From positions 4,614-68,613 of the IMG/VR virus record IMGVR_UViG_3300042508_000665: DNA of 64,000 nt, one strand, 5' to 3'. The number at the start of each line of letters is the position of its first letter. Positions within the stretch are counted from its first letter, which is position 1. The DNA is from a virus. Shown here one piece after another: positions 47,019 to 57,073 of this stretch. Under the pieces are notes generated by a model. The model was not told the DNA's origin and made no database searches. It saw only the letters and a program-made list of their open reading frames with translations. The translations under genes and the position numbers were made by a program.

Positions 47019-48410
47019 ATGTCTGATATTAAGTCTAATCCGCAATTAATTCGAGTAGAGCGGGATTACTATATCCATTATATTAAAATTGTCGCTTACA
47101 ATAATAAAGAATACGACATAGATTCGCAGATGGTTGAATTGTGCTATCACGAAAATATCGCATCCATATGCACATATTTGTCTATAACAATGTACGATAC
47201 GGTCGATTTTCCGACACTATTGCCAATGATAGGTGAAGAAAGAATAAAGATATCATTCACCAGACAGGATGAAAAAGCGGTTAAAGGGGAAGGCGCACTA
47301 AAGCCCCCTATTATCTTAGATATGCCGATTTATAAAATTACGGGGCGATCTCCAGAAAGCAGGAGTAGAAAAACTCAAGTTTATACCTTACATGCAGTTT
47401 CCGATGAAATGATACAGTCGTTAAAAACCAAAGTTCGACTAGGCATAAAAGGCAAAAGCTATTCGGAAATGGTAGAGCAAGTTTACGATGAATATGTAAA
47501 AGTTACAAAGCCACTCGAAGTTGAAACAACACAGCACGTGCATGATTTCTGCATTGCGAACATGAGTCCTTTTCGCTTCATTACTCATGTTTCTGGACGT
47601 TCAATAAGTCCAAGTTACGGTGGATGTTTATATTTTTTCTACGAAGATCGGGATAAATTTTACTATAAAAGTCTAGGTGCCCTGTTCAATTCTAAGGAGC
47701 AGCTTGATTTTAACTTTGCGGTTAAGGGCATTCTAAAAAAAGGTAATGACACAGAGCCAAAACAAAGAAACTTTGACCGTGATTTGTATACAATCGAGCA
47801 CTTCGAACACAAAGGGAGTTTTGACATTTTAAAAACTATTATGAGCGGAGCTTACTCCCAACGTGCTATATTTTTTGATCCAGTTAGGCAAATAATTAAA
47901 GTAAATGATTTTGATATTGATAGTGAGTGGGATTCTCTACCTCATACTAATCAAGTCAAGCCTTTTACACAAGCAAATAAAGCAAAAGCATCTCCCGATT
48001 GTCGCATGACTCTTCATTGGACTAATGCCGAACATGATATCGTAGAGCATATTTCTTCAAAACAACCTGGAATTAATCCATTTCGCACAGAAGAGTTTTT
48101 TTTGAGAGTAACTTCTCAAGTAGACACTATGCTTCGTAATGCTATAGATGCGGTTCTTCCAGGCACTCCAGATTTAAAAGCAGGGATGACTGTAAATTTC
48201 AAGCTTCCGGAAGGTTTGGGAAAGATTAGTGAGGAAGAGAAAGAACTTCCTGATGCTTACTTACAAGGTAAATATCTAATTGTGAGCGTGCTTCATAGAA
48301 TTGTGAAAGGCGAATACACATGCAGCGTAACACTCACGAAAGATTCTTTCTTTTCCGACATAACGCATCGCGCTCCGACAGAAGAATATCCACTCTATAG
48401 GTATATGTAA
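47019..48410 (+). CDS. baseplate hub protein (gp27-like)
   Basis: LP.IGEE.I, FFYE....F..KS, PG...L.AG..V, GKYLI..V.H. Confidence 0.7.
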   Translation: MSDIKSNPQLIRVERDYYIHYIKIVAYNNKEYDIDSQMVELCYHENIASICTYLSITMYDTVDFPTLLPMIGEERIKISFTRQDEKAVKGEGALKPPIILDMPIYKITGRSPESRSRKTQVYTLHAVSDEMIQSLKTKVRLGIKGKSYSEMVEQVYDEYVKVTKPLEVETTQHVHDFCIANMSPFRFITHVSGRSISPSYGGCLYFFYEDRDKFYYKSLGALFNSKEQLDFNFAVKGILKKGNDTEPKQRNFDRDLYTIEHFEHKGSFDILKTIMSGAYSQRAIFFDPVRQIIKVNDFDIDSEWDSLPHTNQVKPFTQANKAKASPDCRMTLHWTNAEHDIVEHISSKQPGINPFRTEEFFLRVTSQVDTMLRNAIDAVLPGTPDLKAGMTVNFKLPEGLGKISEEEKELPDAYLQGKYLIVSVLHRIVKGEYTCSVTLTKDSFFSDITHRAPTEEYPLYRYM

Positions 48411-49066
48411 TGGATATAAGATATAGCCATAAGAAAAAGCAGGTTTCTCGGCACCCTGAAGAAATCTTTGAAATCGCTATTCAAGAAGCTAAAAATGACG
48501 ATGTATTTAGAAAAAGAACACAAACTGCAATCAAATGGTATCTTGCTCTTATTAAACGATTATCACCGACTAGAATAGATCGAGCCGATTTTACAAAACG
48601 GGGCAGACTGCGCTCGAATCTGCAACTTGGGCATATGTACTGTTACGTCTATGATGCGAAAACGAAGGATGAACTCCCCTACTGGGATCGCTTTCCTCTT
48701 ATTTTTCCCATCGAACTTACTGAAAATGGCTGGTATGGTCTAAATTTGCATTATATTCCAATTCAATTCAGAGCCAAAGTATTGTCCGTTTTATATCGTT
48801 TTTTAAATAATAAAAAATACGACGAAACCACAAGAATTACTCTAACTTACAGATATTTAAAAGATTTAGGTGCTTCGGACAAAGCTTTAATGCAAGTGGC
48901 CTTTAAGCAATATCTAACAAATAGAGTTAAAAGTCGCTTTATACATATTTCACCCGACGAGTGGCCTATTGCTTTGTATTTACCGATGGAACAATGGCAG
49001 AAACAGAGCTTTTCGAAAGTGTACTCTGATATTGATTCGAAAATTAAACAATTGCGGAATAAATAA
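48410..49066 (+). CDS. gp2: DNA end protector
   Basis: G.MY.Y.YDAK.K..LPYWD.FPL, GLNLHY, K.YL...VKS. Confidence 0.93.
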   Translation: MDIRYSHKKKQVSRHPEEIFEIAIQEAKNDDVFRKRTQTAIKWYLALIKRLSPTRIDRADFTKRGRLRSNLQLGHMYCYVYDAKTKDELPYWDRFPLIFPIELTENGWYGLNLHYIPIQFRAKVLSVLYRFLNNKKYDETTRITLTYRYLKDLGASDKALMQVAFKQYLTNRVKSRFIHISPDEWPIALYLPMEQWQKQSFSKVYSDIDSKIKQLRNK

Positions 49067-49071
49067 ACAGC

Positions 49072-49725
49072 ATGAATATTGATAAGCTAAAAACTGCCAT
49101 AGATGTTGGTAACGGCGTTACCATGGCATCGCATTTTAGGGTGCAATTTACATTCCCTGAAAGTCTTCGTGCGGTTTCATCGGAGAGCTTTTCTCCCAGA
49201 AACATGACTATATACTGTCAAAGCGCAACTCTACCTGGAACTCAAATAGCCACTTCGGAGACGCCCATTTACGGACAGAGCGTGAAAATGCCGTATGGGT
49301 TGATTTATCAGGATTTAACTTTATCTTTCATTTGCACCAATACAATGTCTCAGAGGTACATATTTGAAGAGTGGAGGCGAATAATCGTAGACCCTACGAC
49401 CAATTATGTAAATTACTACGATAAGTACGTTGGATACGCTTTCATACAGAAACTCGACCAGACTGGCAAAGTCGTTCATGGGATAGTTTGTGAGGAAATT
49501 TATCCAATAGCAATCTTTGAACAAGAACTTGCGGCGCAAAATAATGACTGGCTCAGATTAACAGTGCAGTTTTCGTATAGGAGATGGAGAGGGCGTTATG
49601 ATCTTGTCGCTGCAAGTCAAGCTGGATTTGAGTTAACGGACGTGCAGCCGCCGGGAGATGAGCCAAATCCAGGAGATGTCTTTAGTAAGACTAGAGCGCC
49701 ACGGGTACCTGAATTTAAACCATAA
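49072..49725 (+). CDS. gp54: baseplate tail-tube initiator
   Basis: C.SA.LPG..I, K.PYG..Y....L.F, YP.......L, L.V.F.YR.W. Confidence 0.8.
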   Translation: MNIDKLKTAIDVGNGVTMASHFRVQFTFPESLRAVSSESFSPRNMTIYCQSATLPGTQIATSETPIYGQSVKMPYGLIYQDLTLSFICTNTMSQRYIFEEWRRIIVDPTTNYVNYYDKYVGYAFIQKLDQTGKVVHGIVCEEIYPIAIFEQELAAQNNDWLRLTVQFSYRRWRGRYDLVAASQAGFELTDVQPPGDEPNPGDVFSKTRAPRVPEFKP

Positions 49726-49737
49726 TGAGGTAATTAT

Positions 49738-50481
49738 ATGATGCCAACTCTACCGCAAATTGCACACCCAACTTACGAGATTACTATCCCATCATCTAAG
49801 AAAAAGCATACTTTTCGCCCTATGCTAACTGGCGAGAGAAAAGTTCTTCTTATTGCTATGGAATCTCAAAATCCCCTAGAAATTAGTCGTGCTGTGCGTC
49901 AAATTTGTAATTCTTGCGTTAATAATTTAAACGCCGAATCACTTACAAGTTTTGATTTAGAATGGGTATTTCTGCAACTTATTATTAATTCTATTCGCGA
50001 TACTATTGACTTAGAAGTCAGAATACCAAATCGCCAAGATACGTGCGAAGAATGCGGAAAACCTAAGTTCGTAAAAGCAGATTTAACCAAAGCACAGATT
50101 AAGGGAGATATAAAAGATAAAAAGGACTTGTTAATTGATGTTGGTAGTGGAGTAGGTGTTAAGCTGAAATACCCATCAGATAAAGACATTGAATTATTGG
50201 AAGAATTAAATCAGAGCAAAACTGAAATTGAAAAATTGATGAATCTTATCTCTGTTAGCATTGAGTCGGTCTTTGATCAAGACAAGACATTTTCTTTTTC
50301 GGAGTACGACTACAGAGACAGGTTGGCATGGTTAGAGGCATTACCTCCAAATGTAACCGATAAAATTGAAGCCTTTCTTAATTCCATTCCTCAGTTAGTT
50401 TTGGACGTAGCGATTGAGTGTCCGAAATGTAAATTTCAAGCTACATACCAATTGCAGGGGTTATCTGATTTTTTCGTTTAA
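49738..50481 (+). CDS. gp26: baseplate hub assembly protein
   Basis: LP.I..P.YE..IPS, FRP.L..E.K.LL.A.E, FDLE..FLQL, C-terminal GL.DFF. Confidence 0.85.
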   Translation: MMPTLPQIAHPTYEITIPSSKKKHTFRPMLTGERKVLLIAMESQNPLEISRAVRQICNSCVNNLNAESLTSFDLEWVFLQLIINSIRDTIDLEVRIPNRQDTCEECGKPKFVKADLTKAQIKGDIKDKKDLLIDVGSGVGVKLKYPSDKDIELLEELNQSKTEIEKLMNLISVSIESVFDQDKTFSFSEYDYRDRLAWLEALPPNVTDKIEAFLNSIPQLVLDVAIECPKCKFQATYQLQGLSDFFV

Positions 50482-50657
50482 CGCTAGGTGATGAAGACCT
50501 AGCGGCATATTATAGGATGTGTTTCGATTTGATGCATTTTCATAAATGGAGTTTAAAAGATATTGAAAGCATGTACCCATTTGAACTTGAATTGTACAAG
50601 GTTTTATTAGTTAATCATTTACAAGAAGTTCAAAAAAGTAGGCAAATGAGCAGTTAA
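50469..50657 (+). CDS. gp51: gp51-like hub assembly domain, probably expressed by -1 frameshift from gp26
   Basis: The -1 frame reads LTLGDEDLAAYYRMCFDLMHFHKWSLKDIESMYPFELELYKVLL; the conserved part begins before the first ATG (50517). Confidence 0.75.
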   Translation, partial: FFRLTLGDEDLAAYYRMCFDLMHFHKWSLKDIESMYPFELELYKVLLVNHLQEVQKSRQMSS

Positions 50658-50659
50658 TA

Positions 50660-53209
50660 ATGAATCGCGAAAAGCAAAGGCAATTAAAATCACAGGAAGA
50701 TCAAGCATATCTTCAGTTCGTTGACGAACTAAGGAACGCTGCACGTTTAGATTCACCCACAGTGGAGGTTTCTAGAATATATAAGGAAGTAATTGACATC
50801 CTCACTGAAGCATTCGACGAATATGATCCAGAGGAATTGCCCAAATATCAAGATAGACTTGATAATGTTGTAAAACTAGTAAAAGAACAAGGAGCATTTT
50901 CAGATCCCCTCTTTTTAGACGATTTAGATAAAGCCACAGAAATCTTAAATGCCAAAGTAAAGAGAAGATGGAGTACATTTGACAAAATTAAAACTTTAGC
51001 CTCCACGGCAATACGGGTCGTCGGAAGCTCCAGTGCTATAGTGCAAGAAATTTTGGATATAGGAAGTCAAGCCGAATCACTTGGAAGAAGAGCTGGTTCT
51101 ATCTTTAGAGGGAGAGTTAGAGTAGACGACGAAGAAAGCAGAAGAGTTAGAGACTTAATAAAGGGCAATACCGGACAATACGGTAATTATGAATCACCTC
51201 AAGGCTCTGCAAGTAATCGGCAGAATACTCTAACTCCACTTTCGAATTCAGCCATAGCAGTTAAAGATGATAAGTTAATTGGCACAAATACTACACAAAA
51301 TAAAGTCCTTAACAATTTACTTGATGTCAGTAAAGAAACTAATGTCAATATTAAAACTATTAAGAATCTTTTAATAAATCAGGAAAGACAAAGAGATGAT
51401 AAAAGCGACGATGCAACTCTTGACGCTTTGGAAAACAACCGAGAAAAAAATGCACTTGTTGCAATAAAGAATGATCGAAAATTACTCCAAAGTATTTTAG
51501 GTCCCGAAAGTACTGGTGGCTTAATACCATCAGAATCTGATAGAGGCGACAATCAGGGCGGAAGTACAATTTCTGATATGCTAGTGCAGGGATATGCCAT
51601 AAAGAAAGGCGTAGAATGGATAGCGAAAGGAGGGAAAAAGACTCTCGGAGCAATTAAAGGAATAGCAAAAAAAGCATTACCGGCATTAAAAAAATCATCT
51701 TCTGTAATCGGGAGAGCACTCCCATGGCTTGGAAGAGGTGCTGCAACAGTCGCGGCATCCCCAGCAGTTGGTACGGCAGCTACAATAGGAGCTACGGCGC
51801 TGACGGCTTATGAAGTTGGCGGTTTAATCAATGATTATGTCGTTGATCCGGCAGTAAAAAAACTTAGTCCCAAAGTCACTAATATTGGCCAATCCATTTC
51901 GGCTACTGTGGGTGAAAAGACTAAAGGGATCGAATACTATAAGCAACTTTTTAAATCCGTCGATTTCGACGGGGATAGTCAGGAGAAAGCCGAAAAGTGG
52001 GCGCTTGAGTTTTTGGCGAAAATCGCTAAAGAAAAAGAAGAATTATTCCAGAAAGCGTATGAGAATGGCAGTCAATATGGGGATGGTTCCTATAAGATAA
52101 ACAACAAGGATGCCAGCATCAGCGAAGCTTTACTAGATGTTAAGGCTGCAAAAGAGCAATATGAATATTATAAAAGATATCTTTTAGAGAAAGAGAAAAA
52201 AGGCGGATTGACTGCAACTGCCAGATTCAGAGGCTCCGATAACAAGATATATTCAAATCCATTATATAGAAATGAAGAACAGCCTCCTATCGTTTCAGGT
52301 CAAAGTCAAATAGAGCTAAAGAGTGATGCGTTAAAAACACAAATTGCTTCTCCCGCTCCTATTCCAGCACCAGCTCCAACTCCAGATTTAACCAGTAAAG
52401 AGCGTAAAGAGGCATCTGTAAGGTCAGTAACACCACTATCTCCAACCTCAGCACCAAATCCAACGCCGACCGAAGCGGTCATGCGAGGTATTACGGCAGC
52501 AGAAACTGGAATTATTAGTGATGAGAGGCCAATAGATGACCCTAGTAGATTTATTAGAACCAAAGGAGGCGCAGAATCAAGCGCCTACGGTCCTCAGCAG
52601 ATAACCATGAGTCTCGCTAAGGGAGCATTGGAAAAAGGACTTCTTGATGGCGATGAAGAACTTAAAACATGGGTACAGGACAAGTTTATACCACAGGGTA
52701 GAAAATTCTTACAATCAGATTATTCTCACCCCACCTATGGGGCTGGAGGACAGGGCGACTTAAATACTCCAGAAGATCGCAAGATGTATCAAAAAATGTC
52801 GGAAAGGCTCATTGGTGAAGCCGTTTTAAACAATAAAGGAAATCTTGAATCTACACTAGGGGAGTGGAGATTTGGTCGTTCTAAACGCCATATGCTAGAT
52901 CAATTAGATCCGGGATACGCTATTAAAGCAAAATCTCAGATATCAAAAGATCAAGTTTTGATGGCTAAATCTGATGTTGAAATTGGACCTAAATCTCAGA
53001 ATTATCTTGAAAATGCTGTTAGTTCATTATCCAGGGAAAATGAAGCAGCGAGAACACAGCCCATTATCATATCGCAAAATAGCGGAGGTTCGGGGAAACA
53101 GGAAGAGCCAATGCCTTCGGCTAGTATGAAAAGTGTCGGAGCGCCCGCAAATGGTGCATCTGAGAGTACACTTATGATTGCTATAAGACAATCCATTTCA
53201 CCCATATAA
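50660..53209 (+). CDS. tape-measure/hub-like protein with lysozyme-like C-terminal domain
   Basis: Position after gp26/51; Ala/Gly helices; ITAAETG...SSAYGPQQIT. Confidence 0.65.
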   Translation: MNREKQRQLKSQEDQAYLQFVDELRNAARLDSPTVEVSRIYKEVIDILTEAFDEYDPEELPKYQDRLDNVVKLVKEQGAFSDPLFLDDLDKATEILNAKVKRRWSTFDKIKTLASTAIRVVGSSSAIVQEILDIGSQAESLGRRAGSIFRGRVRVDDEESRRVRDLIKGNTGQYGNYESPQGSASNRQNTLTPLSNSAIAVKDDKLIGTNTTQNKVLNNLLDVSKETNVNIKTIKNLLINQERQRDDKSDDATLDALENNREKNALVAIKNDRKLLQSILGPESTGGLIPSESDRGDNQGGSTISDMLVQGYAIKKGVEWIAKGGKKTLGAIKGIAKKALPALKKSSSVIGRALPWLGRGAATVAASPAVGTAATIGATALTAYEVGGLINDYVVDPAVKKLSPKVTNIGQSISATVGEKTKGIEYYKQLFKSVDFDGDSQEKAEKWALEFLAKIAKEKEELFQKAYENGSQYGDGSYKINNKDASISEALLDVKAAKEQYEYYKRYLLEKEKKGGLTATARFRGSDNKIYSNPLYRNEEQPPIVSGQSQIELKSDALKTQIASPAPIPAPAPTPDLTSKERKEASVRSVTPLSPTSAPNPTPTEAVMRGITAAETGIISDERPIDDPSRFIRTKGGAESSAYGPQQITMSLAKGALEKGLLDGDEELKTWVQDKFIPQGRKFLQSDYSHPTYGAGGQGDLNTPEDRKMYQKMSERLIGEAVLNNKGNLESTLGEWRFGRSKRHMLDQLDPGYAIKAKSQISKDQVLMAKSDVEIGPKSQNYLENAVSSLSRENEAARTQPIIISQNSGGSGKQEEPMPSASMKSVGAPANGASESTLMIAIRQSISPI

Positions 53210-53210
53210 T

Positions 53211-53245
53211 AAAAAACCCCGTATTAGCATAATGCCAATACGGGG
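53211..53245. terminator. hairpin terminator between convergent genes
   Basis: aaaaaa ccccgtatt...aatacgggg. Confidence 0.75.
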
Positions 53246-53268
53246 AACGGGAGGAGTATGGTTTTTTC

Positions 53269-54201
53269 TTATTCGCTGAACATGCGATCTACTGCATCGT
53301 CACTAGATAAAGATTCGACGCCTTGTAATAACTCATCGAATATTTTGTCCGGATCATCCGATTCATCAACTGCCGGTGGAGCACTTTTGGTTTTAGCGGG
53401 AGCAGATTTTTGATTTACCCTATCATCTGAAGATGATGGCGATTTCGAACTACGGCTATTATCCGAACCAACAACCTGTTCTAGTAGTACTGAAAGCTCT
53501 TCATAACTCTTAAATGTTTCTGGAGCAATCAGAGGCATTAAGGGATGAGCTGTTTTCCACATAGCCTCAATCTTTTCTAGATCACCATTAAACAACTTGG
53601 ATTGTCCCATAAACTGCGATTCGTCATAGTTATTTTGCCCACCCTGCTTAGTGACGACTATCTTGAAGTTTGCACCCTCAAGAGGGTCGAGAATATTAAG
53701 TGGGTCTCGTGGATCAATCGGGTCATCCGAACCATTCATCACAAGTGTTATCTTCTTCATGATTTTGTTACCAAATTCTAGAAGAAACACTTTCCCATTG
53801 TTTTCTGGTTTATTACCATCTTGTAAAACAAGAATATTAGCTACAAATCTCGGAGTTCTGCCATACTTTAAGTACGTAGCTTTGTCATTACTACCTAGCT
53901 TTTTAGCAAGTTCCTCAGCCGGATCTGGCTGATTAAGCGTTGTGCGACAACGTTCTATATACATTTTATTATTCTGCCCTCGAATATAATGAGTGAAGAA
54001 TTTAACAAAATCATTAGTCTCGCCATCTGGTGCTGGTAAAAATCTTACAATTGCCTTAGATTCTTCGCGACCATCTTTGCTCTTAGAAAAGGTGGGTGAC
54101 CAAAATCGCGGATCGGCCACATAATTAGACTGAACCTTATTTACTATTTTTTTCACCGCATCTTTCTGCTGCATGCGATCCATCATATCTTTAAAAGCCA
54201 T
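53269..54201 (-). CDS. gp32: single-stranded DNA-binding protein
   Basis: D.RFW.P, VRFLP, ANILV..D...PENNGKVFL..FG.KI, GANF, NYDES.F, acidic tail. Confidence 0.95.
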   Translation of the reverse strand: MAFKDMMDRMQQKDAVKKIVNKVQSNYVADPRFWSPTFSKSKDGREESKAIVRFLPAPDGETNDFVKFFTHYIRGQNNKMYIERCRTTLNQPDPAEELAKKLGSNDKATYLKYGRTPRFVANILVLQDGNKPENNGKVFLLEFGNKIMKKITLVMNGSDDPIDPRDPLNILDPLEGANFKIVVTKQGGQNNYDESQFMGQSKLFNGDLEKIEAMWKTAHPLMPLIAPETFKSYEELSVLLEQVVGSDNSRSSKSPSSSDDRVNQKSAPAKTKSAPPAVDESDDPDKIFDELLQGVESLSSDDAVDRMFSE

Positions 54202-54203
54202 AT

Positions 54204-54902
54204 CTACTCCTTAGTCAATTTCAAAATTGTTTGTTTTGTCATCTCTACATTTAATTTTGTTCCTAGAAAGCTCTCATACTTTTCCATTTTGTGCTCAAAA
54301 TCTGCCCAAAGGCGATCTTCTTGCAGAAAAGGCTGATAAACTTTTCTAAGATTTAATACTAGTGATAATAACAAGTAACTTTCAATGCTGAACATTCCCC
54401 CCCAAAGAAGTCTTAAAACTAAAGGGTGAGTATTTTCTGGCTTTTTAATTAAGTATTTTACAGCATCCTTACATTTGATTTGCTTCCGTCGTTCTATTTC
54501 TTGAATAGCACCCTTAAAATCTTCCTCAAATTGATAATCAATACGGGATATTCTCCCCTTCCAATCGTTCCATATACTTATGCAATTTTCGGCGATTAGC
54601 TCACCAATCCAAATGTGTCGATTGTAAACAAAATTAGCAAGGAATATTTGATTTATTTCTGTTTTTGAATATTTACTTTGAATAATTTGAAAGAATATCT
54701 TGTCCTTACGTTTTTGAAATGATTCTTCCGTCAAGTGTGGAATTTTACCCTGATACTTTTTCCAGTTGTAATCTCTGTTAAAGTGAGCTTTTAAACTCAC
54801 ATATTGACAGTATGCTTCAAACCCATTTGAAGTATCTTTTTCGTCTATCTGCGATAAGGCTTCCTCGACCATGTGGTTAATCCCACAAAATTCTTTCTCC
54901 AT
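54204..54902 (-). CDS. gp59: helicase loader
   Basis: GFEAY..Y.SLK.HF...Y...KY.GK, F.KR.DK.FF. Confidence 0.85.
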   Translation of the reverse strand: MEKEFCGINHMVEEALSQIDEKDTSNGFEAYCQYVSLKAHFNRDYNWKKYQGKIPHLTEESFQKRKDKIFFQIIQSKYSKTEINQIFLANFVYNRHIWIGELIAENCISIWNDWKGRISRIDYQFEEDFKGAIQEIERRKQIKCKDAVKYLIKKPENTHPLVLRLLWGGMFSIESYLLLSLVLNLRKVYQPFLQEDRLWADFEHKMEKYESFLGTKLNVEMTKQTILKLTKE

Positions 54903-55230
54903 TCAGATGACGTCTCCAGCGGTCATAGTCCCATGGATAAAAAGCATCTTGTTCTTCATGCGGAACTCCGCTCATTAATGGACACGTCTGACCAGATAAC
55001 CACTGACGAAATGGTTTTTGCTCATCTTTAGGGAGTTCTCGAATCCGAGGCCAATGAGTAATCTGATGTTCAGCAAGCCTACATTCTAACAAGTGATTTT
55101 CTTGCTCAAGAGCGCTGATGTAATCTTCAGCTATTTGAAATCTTTTCTCTTCGTCTACCTTATCTGCAACTTTTGCATGCCAGTAATTATTTCTACATTC
55201 CACTATCTTTGACACTTCGAATCTCCTCAT
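54877..55230 (-). CDS. hypothetical protein
   Basis: F..WL.GQT.P....Y.WDY.RW motif. Confidence 0.6.
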   Translation of the reverse strand: MRRFEVSKIVECRNNYWHAKVADKVDEEKRFQIAEDYISALEQENHLLECRLAEHQITHWPRIRELPKDEQKPFRQWLSGQTCPLMSGVPHEEQDAFYPWDYDRWRRHLNGERILWD

Positions 55231-55241
55231 TACTAGTAAAT

Positions 55242-55544
55242 TTACTTATTTTGTAAATCGTTAATTTGAATTGTTAATTGTTCCTTTTCCTTTAATAGAG
55301 CGGAGACCTTTAATACCAACGCCGCCACCTTCTGGTGCAACGACTGGTTTTCGAGCAGTAGTGAGTTTATTTGATCTGTTTGCATGTCATTTTTTAAGGT
55401 TAATGATGTAATATACGCCTCATCAATAACAACATGACCCTCACGTATCTCAAGCTGTTGATTATGTTTTGAATTTGATGTTTCAAAAATGTTTTCATCA
55501 GTCTCCTCTTTTGGGGACTTTGATTTTTGTTTTCTCGCAACCAT
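55242..55544 (-). CDS. hypothetical coiled-coil protein
   Basis: GGAG SD; heptad C-terminus. Confidence 0.6.
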   Translation of the reverse strand: MVARKQKSKSPKEETDENIFETSNSKHNQQLEIREGHVVIDEAYITSLTLKNDMQTDQINSLLLENQSLHQKVAALVLKVSALLKEKEQLTIQINDLQNK

Positions 55545-55646
55545 GCCAGCACTCCGTAAGGTTTGCTATTAAGATAGCGTATGCTTTGAGAAGCGTAAAA
55601 TTACCTTTTTCGGCGACCCGCGAATATTTGTCGAAATTGTATTTAC

Positions 55647-55883
55647 TTACTCGTCAAATTGAACTTTAACATTTTGCTGTCGAAACATATTCAGATTGAC
55701 TGCTTCTTTATAGAGCATCGCTTTGAATTCATTTGTCAGTAGATTCTCTACTTCTTCGATTTCTACTCTTTTATTGCGACAGTATTCCGTTAAAGCATCA
55801 AGTAGGTGTAATTCATTTAATTGTGCAAATTTGATTATTTTCTCGGAAAAAGAGCTTTTACTTTCTAATATTATTTCGTTCAT
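55647..55883 (-). CDS. gp33: late transcription coactivator
   Basis: FS..I......LDA...YC....EIE.V..L....K..L..EA..LN. Confidence 0.88.
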   Translation of the reverse strand: MNEIILESKSSFSEKIIKFAQLNELHLLDALTEYCRNKRVEIEEVENLLTNEFKAMLYKEAVNLNMFRQQNVKVQFDE

Positions 55884-55885
55884 AT

Positions 55886-56656
55886 CTATAATCCTAAGTT
55901 CCTTTTCACTGTAAGAAATTCTTTTACTAATTCACTTCGAAGTATGTCTTGTACGCCGAACTCTACAACATCAAAGTTTCTCATATTGTGACACACCCGG
56001 ATGAGACTCTCCAATCCACTTTTCTCGTTTTTCCTTTGCTGTGTAAGATCATTTTGCTCGACGTCTCCTAAAACAATCAGGCGCGAACCTTCCCCAACGC
56101 GAGTTATCAAGCTACATATTTCATGCCAAGTGCAATTTTGAATTTCGTCTGCGATTATGAGGGCATTTGACCAAGTGATGCCTCGCAAGAACGAAGTGCT
56201 CTTAAATTCAAGTACTTCATCCCTTTTTAAATCATCATATGCGCCCTTGCGCCCCAGCAAATCATTCACAATTTCCTGATACGGCTCCTCATATATGTCT
56301 ATTTTTTCTTGCAGGTTCCCTGGAAGAAAGCCAATATCTCTTGTTGGCACTATTGAACGTAGAATAATTATTTTATCGAAGCGACCGCTAAAAAGATCAT
56401 TAAGAGCCAAATATAAGGCACAATAACTTTTTCCTGTTCCGGCACACCCATGAAGTAGAATGTGCTTGTCGCAAAAAAAAGAATGAAAAAGCTGCTCTTG
56501 ATTTGGTGTTTTTGGACTGACGTCCTTAATTTTATCGCGAAAATTTAATAGTTTTTTTGAACGTCTGCGCTTTACTTTTTCTGTTTTTTTCTCAAATACA
56601 TGGGTTTCTTGTTCTTGTTCGGATAAAACGTTCTCACTTTCCGTCTCGTGACTCAT
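55886..56656 (-). CDS. phoH: PhoH-like ATPase
   Basis: G.AGTGKS, IGFLPG, FLRG.T, DEIQN, TRVG, GD..Q.DL, DI.RS.LVK. Confidence 0.93.
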   Translation of the reverse strand: MSHETESENVLSEQEQETHVFEKKTEKVKRRRSKKLLNFRDKIKDVSPKTPNQEQLFHSFFCDKHILLHGCAGTGKSYCALYLALNDLFSGRFDKIIILRSIVPTRDIGFLPGNLQEKIDIYEEPYQEIVNDLLGRKGAYDDLKRDEVLEFKSTSFLRGITWSNALIIADEIQNCTWHEICSLITRVGEGSRLIVLGDVEQNDLTQQRKNEKSGLESLIRVCHNMRNFDVVEFGVQDILRSELVKEFLTVKRNLGL

Positions 56657-56925
56657 TAGAAATCCGGTATGTTAGCCTTCTTATCTTTTGCGAAATGCTT
56701 TTTGATTTGCTGCATCCTCTCCCTAAAATCCCCTTGAGGCTTAGAAGATTTGGCTGCATCAAGTCTGTGAGATGAGCATATCGCTGGAGCACCTATCCGC
56801 ATAATTACCGTTTTATGAAAACAGTTCGGACAAGGTAATGTTTCTGGGAGATGCCTTTCGGCGATACTCTGAATATCTTCAAATTCGTGTTCGCACGAGG
56901 AGCAGGAGTAATTATATGCAGGCAT
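56656..56925 (-). CDS. FmdB-family zinc-ribbon protein
   Basis: MP.Y.Y.C..C.H.FE...CP.C. Confidence 0.85.
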   Translation of the reverse strand: MPAYNYSCSSCEHEFEDIQSIAERHLPETLPCPNCFHKTVIMRIGAPAICSSHRLDAAKSSKPQGDFRERMQQIKKHFAKDKKANIPDF

Positions 56926-57073
56926 AACTGTATTTCGCTTTTTTCTACTCGCAGTATATTTATAGAGATTATTTTAAAGGCGAAAAGTAACCTTGATATG
57001 AATTTTACAAGAAGACGAATAAACTTTATGCTTAAAATAGTTTGACTGGATAAATACCAGTAGGAGTTTAATA

